Assembly: GCF_964213995.1 (NCBI RefSeq)
Contig: NW_027590123.1
Coordinates: forward strand, 930,001-994,000
DNA length: 64,000 nucleotides
Direction of reading: 5' to 3'
Origin: Mustelus asterias
Taxonomy: Eukaryota
Below, in pieces: positions 60,801 through 64,000 of the stretch. Position numbers and translations under genes: made by a program. Positions within the stretch are counted from its first letter, which is position 1. The number at the start of each line of letters is the position of its first letter. A model generated the notes under the pieces. It searched no databases. It was not told the DNA's origin and saw only the letters and a list, made by a program, of their open reading frames with translations.

Positions 60801-63230
60801 AATTATCATTTCTGTCCTGGGAAAAAGCTCCCAACTGTTCATCCTCGCCACACCCCTCATAATTTTATAAACTTCCAGCTGGTCGTCCCTCAGCCTCCGT
60901 CTTTCCAGGGAGAACAATCCCAGTTTATTCAATCACTCCTCACAGCCAATACCCTCCATACCAGGCAACATCCTGGTCAACACTTTCATTGGATTTGGGA
61001 TGTGATTGTGGGTTTTCCTGCTATATCTCTTTCTCTTCAATCTTTCTCCCGTGATTGAGAGTTATCAGGGAGGGAGAGAGAGAGAAAGGGATGGTAACAG
61101 AGAGAGAGAGAGAGAGAGAGAAAGGGATGGTAACAGAGAGAGAGAGAGAGAGAGAGCAAAGGCAGAGGGGCAGGGAGAGGAGAGAGATTGGAGGGGAGTG
61201 GGTTAGCGGGTGGGGGAGGGGGAGCCTCCGCTGTGCACTCACAGCCCAGCCAGCTCCCCAGTCTCTGGTTAGGTGCATTAACCCACTCTGGCGCATTAAC
61301 AGGCGCCAGAGTGTGGCGACTAGGAGAATTTCACAGTAACTTCATTGCAGTGTTAATGTAAGCCTTACTTGTGACTAAGAAATAAACTTTACTTTATACT
61401 TTACTCTGAGATAAAGACCCTCACTCACAGCCTCCCAGAAGGTGGGATTTATAAACAGCGACTGTGTAACTGAGGCTGAATCTGTGCTGTTGTGTTTGAA
61501 AATATATTTTCCTCATATTTGATGTGTTGTAAAGATATTGGAATGTGGCTGCTACCACATTGCAGTGAGAGAGAGATGTAGCTTTGCAGAAGGAGCTTCC
61601 CTCCCCATTTCCCCATGGAAATCACTGAGAAATAGCAGACGTGGCCCACAACACGTCATTATTTGAAACGGTCAGACAGAAACTTATCAGAGAGAGCATT
61701 TTAATCCCCATTCATCCCCAGATGGAGAAACAGAGCAGAGATCAGGACAGATTATCCAGAGTAGGAGAGACCGGGGCAGAGATGGGGTATTGGATATATA
61801 TATATAGATCTGGGGGGAAAGAAAAAGAGACACAGAGGGGGCTGGACAGGTTCAGAGATAGAGGCAGAGAAACGGGCAGAGAGAAAGAAACAGCGAGAGA
61901 CAGAGGGAATGGGAGAGAGAGGTGTGACTGTGCTCGGAGTGGAAGGTTCCCTGTTCATATCGAATGTACAAACAGCCCCAATCCTGGAGTGACTCATTAT
62001 TTTTATTTGGGGTGGGGGAGAGATGGAGGGGGGGGGGAGCGAGGGAGAGAGAGGGAGAAGTGTGGTTCCCTCATTGCCCACTCACTTTAGCCCAATCCTC
62101 ACTTAAAATATCACTTTGTATCTGGCCCTGCTCAGACTGTGTGTGGGATCTTGCTGTGCCCTCCTCCCCACCCCATATTCCCTGCACTGTGACAGCGCCC
62201 CACACTTTAAACATGAAAAGATGGAGAGGAAGGAGGGTGGGGTAGAGAGAGAGGAACAGAGAATGGGTGGGGAGTGTCGGGGGCTCAGTGGAGGGGGGTA
62301 GGGGGATAGAGACAGAGGCTCTGGGGGTGGGTGGGTGTCCTCCTGCAGTGTGGGACTCCCTGTGGGATCCTGATTGCAGCATTCCCAGTCTCTCTCTCTC
62401 TCACTGTGAAGCACTCGGGAGGGAGAGGGAGCTGAAATTCAAATTCCTGAGCCTGGGGGAAAGGCTTGTTCTCAGTCCCACAGTCCTGCTTGTGTTTTCA
62501 GACAGGGCGCTGGGATTTGTGGGTGTGGATGGAGAAGATTGTTCTGTTTAACTGGGGGGTGGGAGAGAGGGGGGTTTGTTCTTTCTACCTGAGGAATAAT
62601 GCAGCCTCTGTGACTAGGCCGCACTTCACGGCCTAAATCTCAGCAGCACTTTTGCATTCGCTTAATTCCCCAACAGGGTTTAAGTGGCTGAATTCAATGG
62701 TTCAATAAAATGTGAAGCAGCCGCTTCAGGGTGGGATTGTGGATTTTCCTGCCCCCGCCTCCCTCTCATTTCCCTTTTGATTGTGAGTTTTATTTTAAAC
62801 GGTCAGACAGAAACTTAGAGAGAGCATTTCAATCCAGATTCACCTCGAGGTAGAGAAACAGAGCAGAGATCAGGACAGGTTATCCAGAGACGGGGTATTG
62901 GACAGATATAGATCTGGGGGAAGTGTGTAGGAGACGGAGAGGGAGAAACAGAGTGAGGGGAGAGAGGTGACTGATAGAAGTGGGAACTTCATTGGGGCCT
63001 CCTGTGTTTATTCACTGGCCTGTCTCTGGAGTAAAGCCCCCAGAATGCTTTGACGTGTTTAATAAATTCAATATCGGGACAGTCAGGAGGCAGTTGGAAG
63101 TTCATTGCATTTGAAACGTGTTCCCATTTTGTCAGGGTTTAATAATGAGGAGGTGAAAATGAATGTTTCCCCCACCCCCCCCAGTGAGATTGTGAATTTC
63201 AGCAAGTCCTGGGATCTTGCTGTGCCTTTT
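57860..63230 (+). mobile_element. Dispersed Deu-domain SINE relics (about six copies; span given, not contiguous)
   Basis: GGGATCTTGCTGTGC core at ~57874, 58088, 58913, 62145 and 63211, variant at 58660; several followed by TTCCC/TGC..ACAGTGAC..CACTT. Confidence 0.7.
60533..60985 (-). mobile_element. CR1 3' end
   Basis: VVGAWNALPSEVVEADTLVTFKIYLDRHM; ACAAAGAACA tail. Confidence 0.92.
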
Positions 63231-63300
63231 ATTGTTTTTAATCAGCTTTTGTTTTGTGTTTAATCAAATTTCACTTTATTTTCTCTTTCTCTCTTCCAAG

Positions 63301-63464
63301 GAGAATTCCTTTGGAAACTTTGGCGATGCAGAGAGCGAATAGTTTTGCCATGAGGAATCCTCGGACAAGAGCTATAACCAGAGAGAAAAATATTAATAAA
63401 AGTCCCCGTGTCTTTGTCGTTCATTTTTATACACAGATAGACTGGTGGGGCTTTTACACTGAGG
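63301..63464 (+). other. Candidate exon
   Basis: Strong acceptor TTTTCTCTTTCTCTCTTCCAAG, donor G|GTTAGT; open frame RIPLETLAMQRANSFAMRNPRTRAITREKNINKSPRVFVVHFYTQIDWWGFYTE. Confidence 0.35.
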
Positions 63465-64000
63465 GTTAGTGGTCTGTGTGTCAGGGGGAGGGGGTATTCC
63501 CAGTGATCCCTGCTCCAATGTAATCCCACAGATTTCAATCCCTCTCCCTGAAGCTCTGTCTGTGCAACTCCCCCATCCTCAGAACTGTTTCTCCACATCT
63601 TTCCAATCCCTGTCTCTCCTCATCCTTTATACCTCAGCCTCTCACAATGGCAGCATCTTTCCCTTTTTCTCTCCTTCTCTCTGTCTTTCACTCTCTCTGA
63701 AACGTTGTCACTCTGTCTTGCCAAAGCCCCACTTTCTACTTATCTCCACATCTCACTTTGTATCTCAGCCTCTCTGGACATCTCCCTCTCTCTCTCTGTG
63801 GATCATTTTATCTCAATCACAGCAGCCTCCTCTCCGTCTCTCTCTCTATCTCTGCTCCCCCCTCTGTCTATCTCTGCTCCCTCTCTGTGACTCATTCTGT
63901 CTGAAGTACAGCAGCATTCTCTCTCACTCCCCATCTCTATATCTGTTCACAATAACTTCATTGCAGTGTTAATGTAAGCCTACTTGTGATTAACAAATAA

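Overview
Repeat-rich vertebrate genomic DNA, almost certainly from a shark or other elasmobranch. This is inferred from HE1/V-SINE-type SINEs, shark-type CR1 LINEs, Deu-domain relics and Penelope fragments. No intact host protein-coding gene is demonstrable. The left end holds a single T-cell-receptor alpha/delta-type V segment on the minus strand. Its V exon (2168-2471) is open, it has a near-canonical 23-bp-spacer RSS, its leader is broken, and it is bracketed by two convergent 3' ends of the same CR1 subfamily. A small tRNA cluster follows: intron-containing Ile-TAT, Asn-GTT, a perfect Glu-CTC and a Lys-CTT relic. 8-38 kb is a mosaic of nested CR1, SINE, Rex1 and Penelope fragments and segmental duplications carrying exon-like modules and one unusually conserved, structured 147-bp core. 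29.7-54.4 kb is a duplicated composite of 69-bp minisatellite arrays and GA/GT microsatellite. In the second copy the microsatellite has grown into a ~12 kb 20-mer satellite with 3-4 kb higher-order repeats. 54.4-64 kb holds SINEs, co-oriented Deu-domain relics, a local tandem duplication and candidate exons of an unidentified gene. Most ORF-track entries are retroelement fragments or low-complexity artefacts. Repeat boundaries are approximate.
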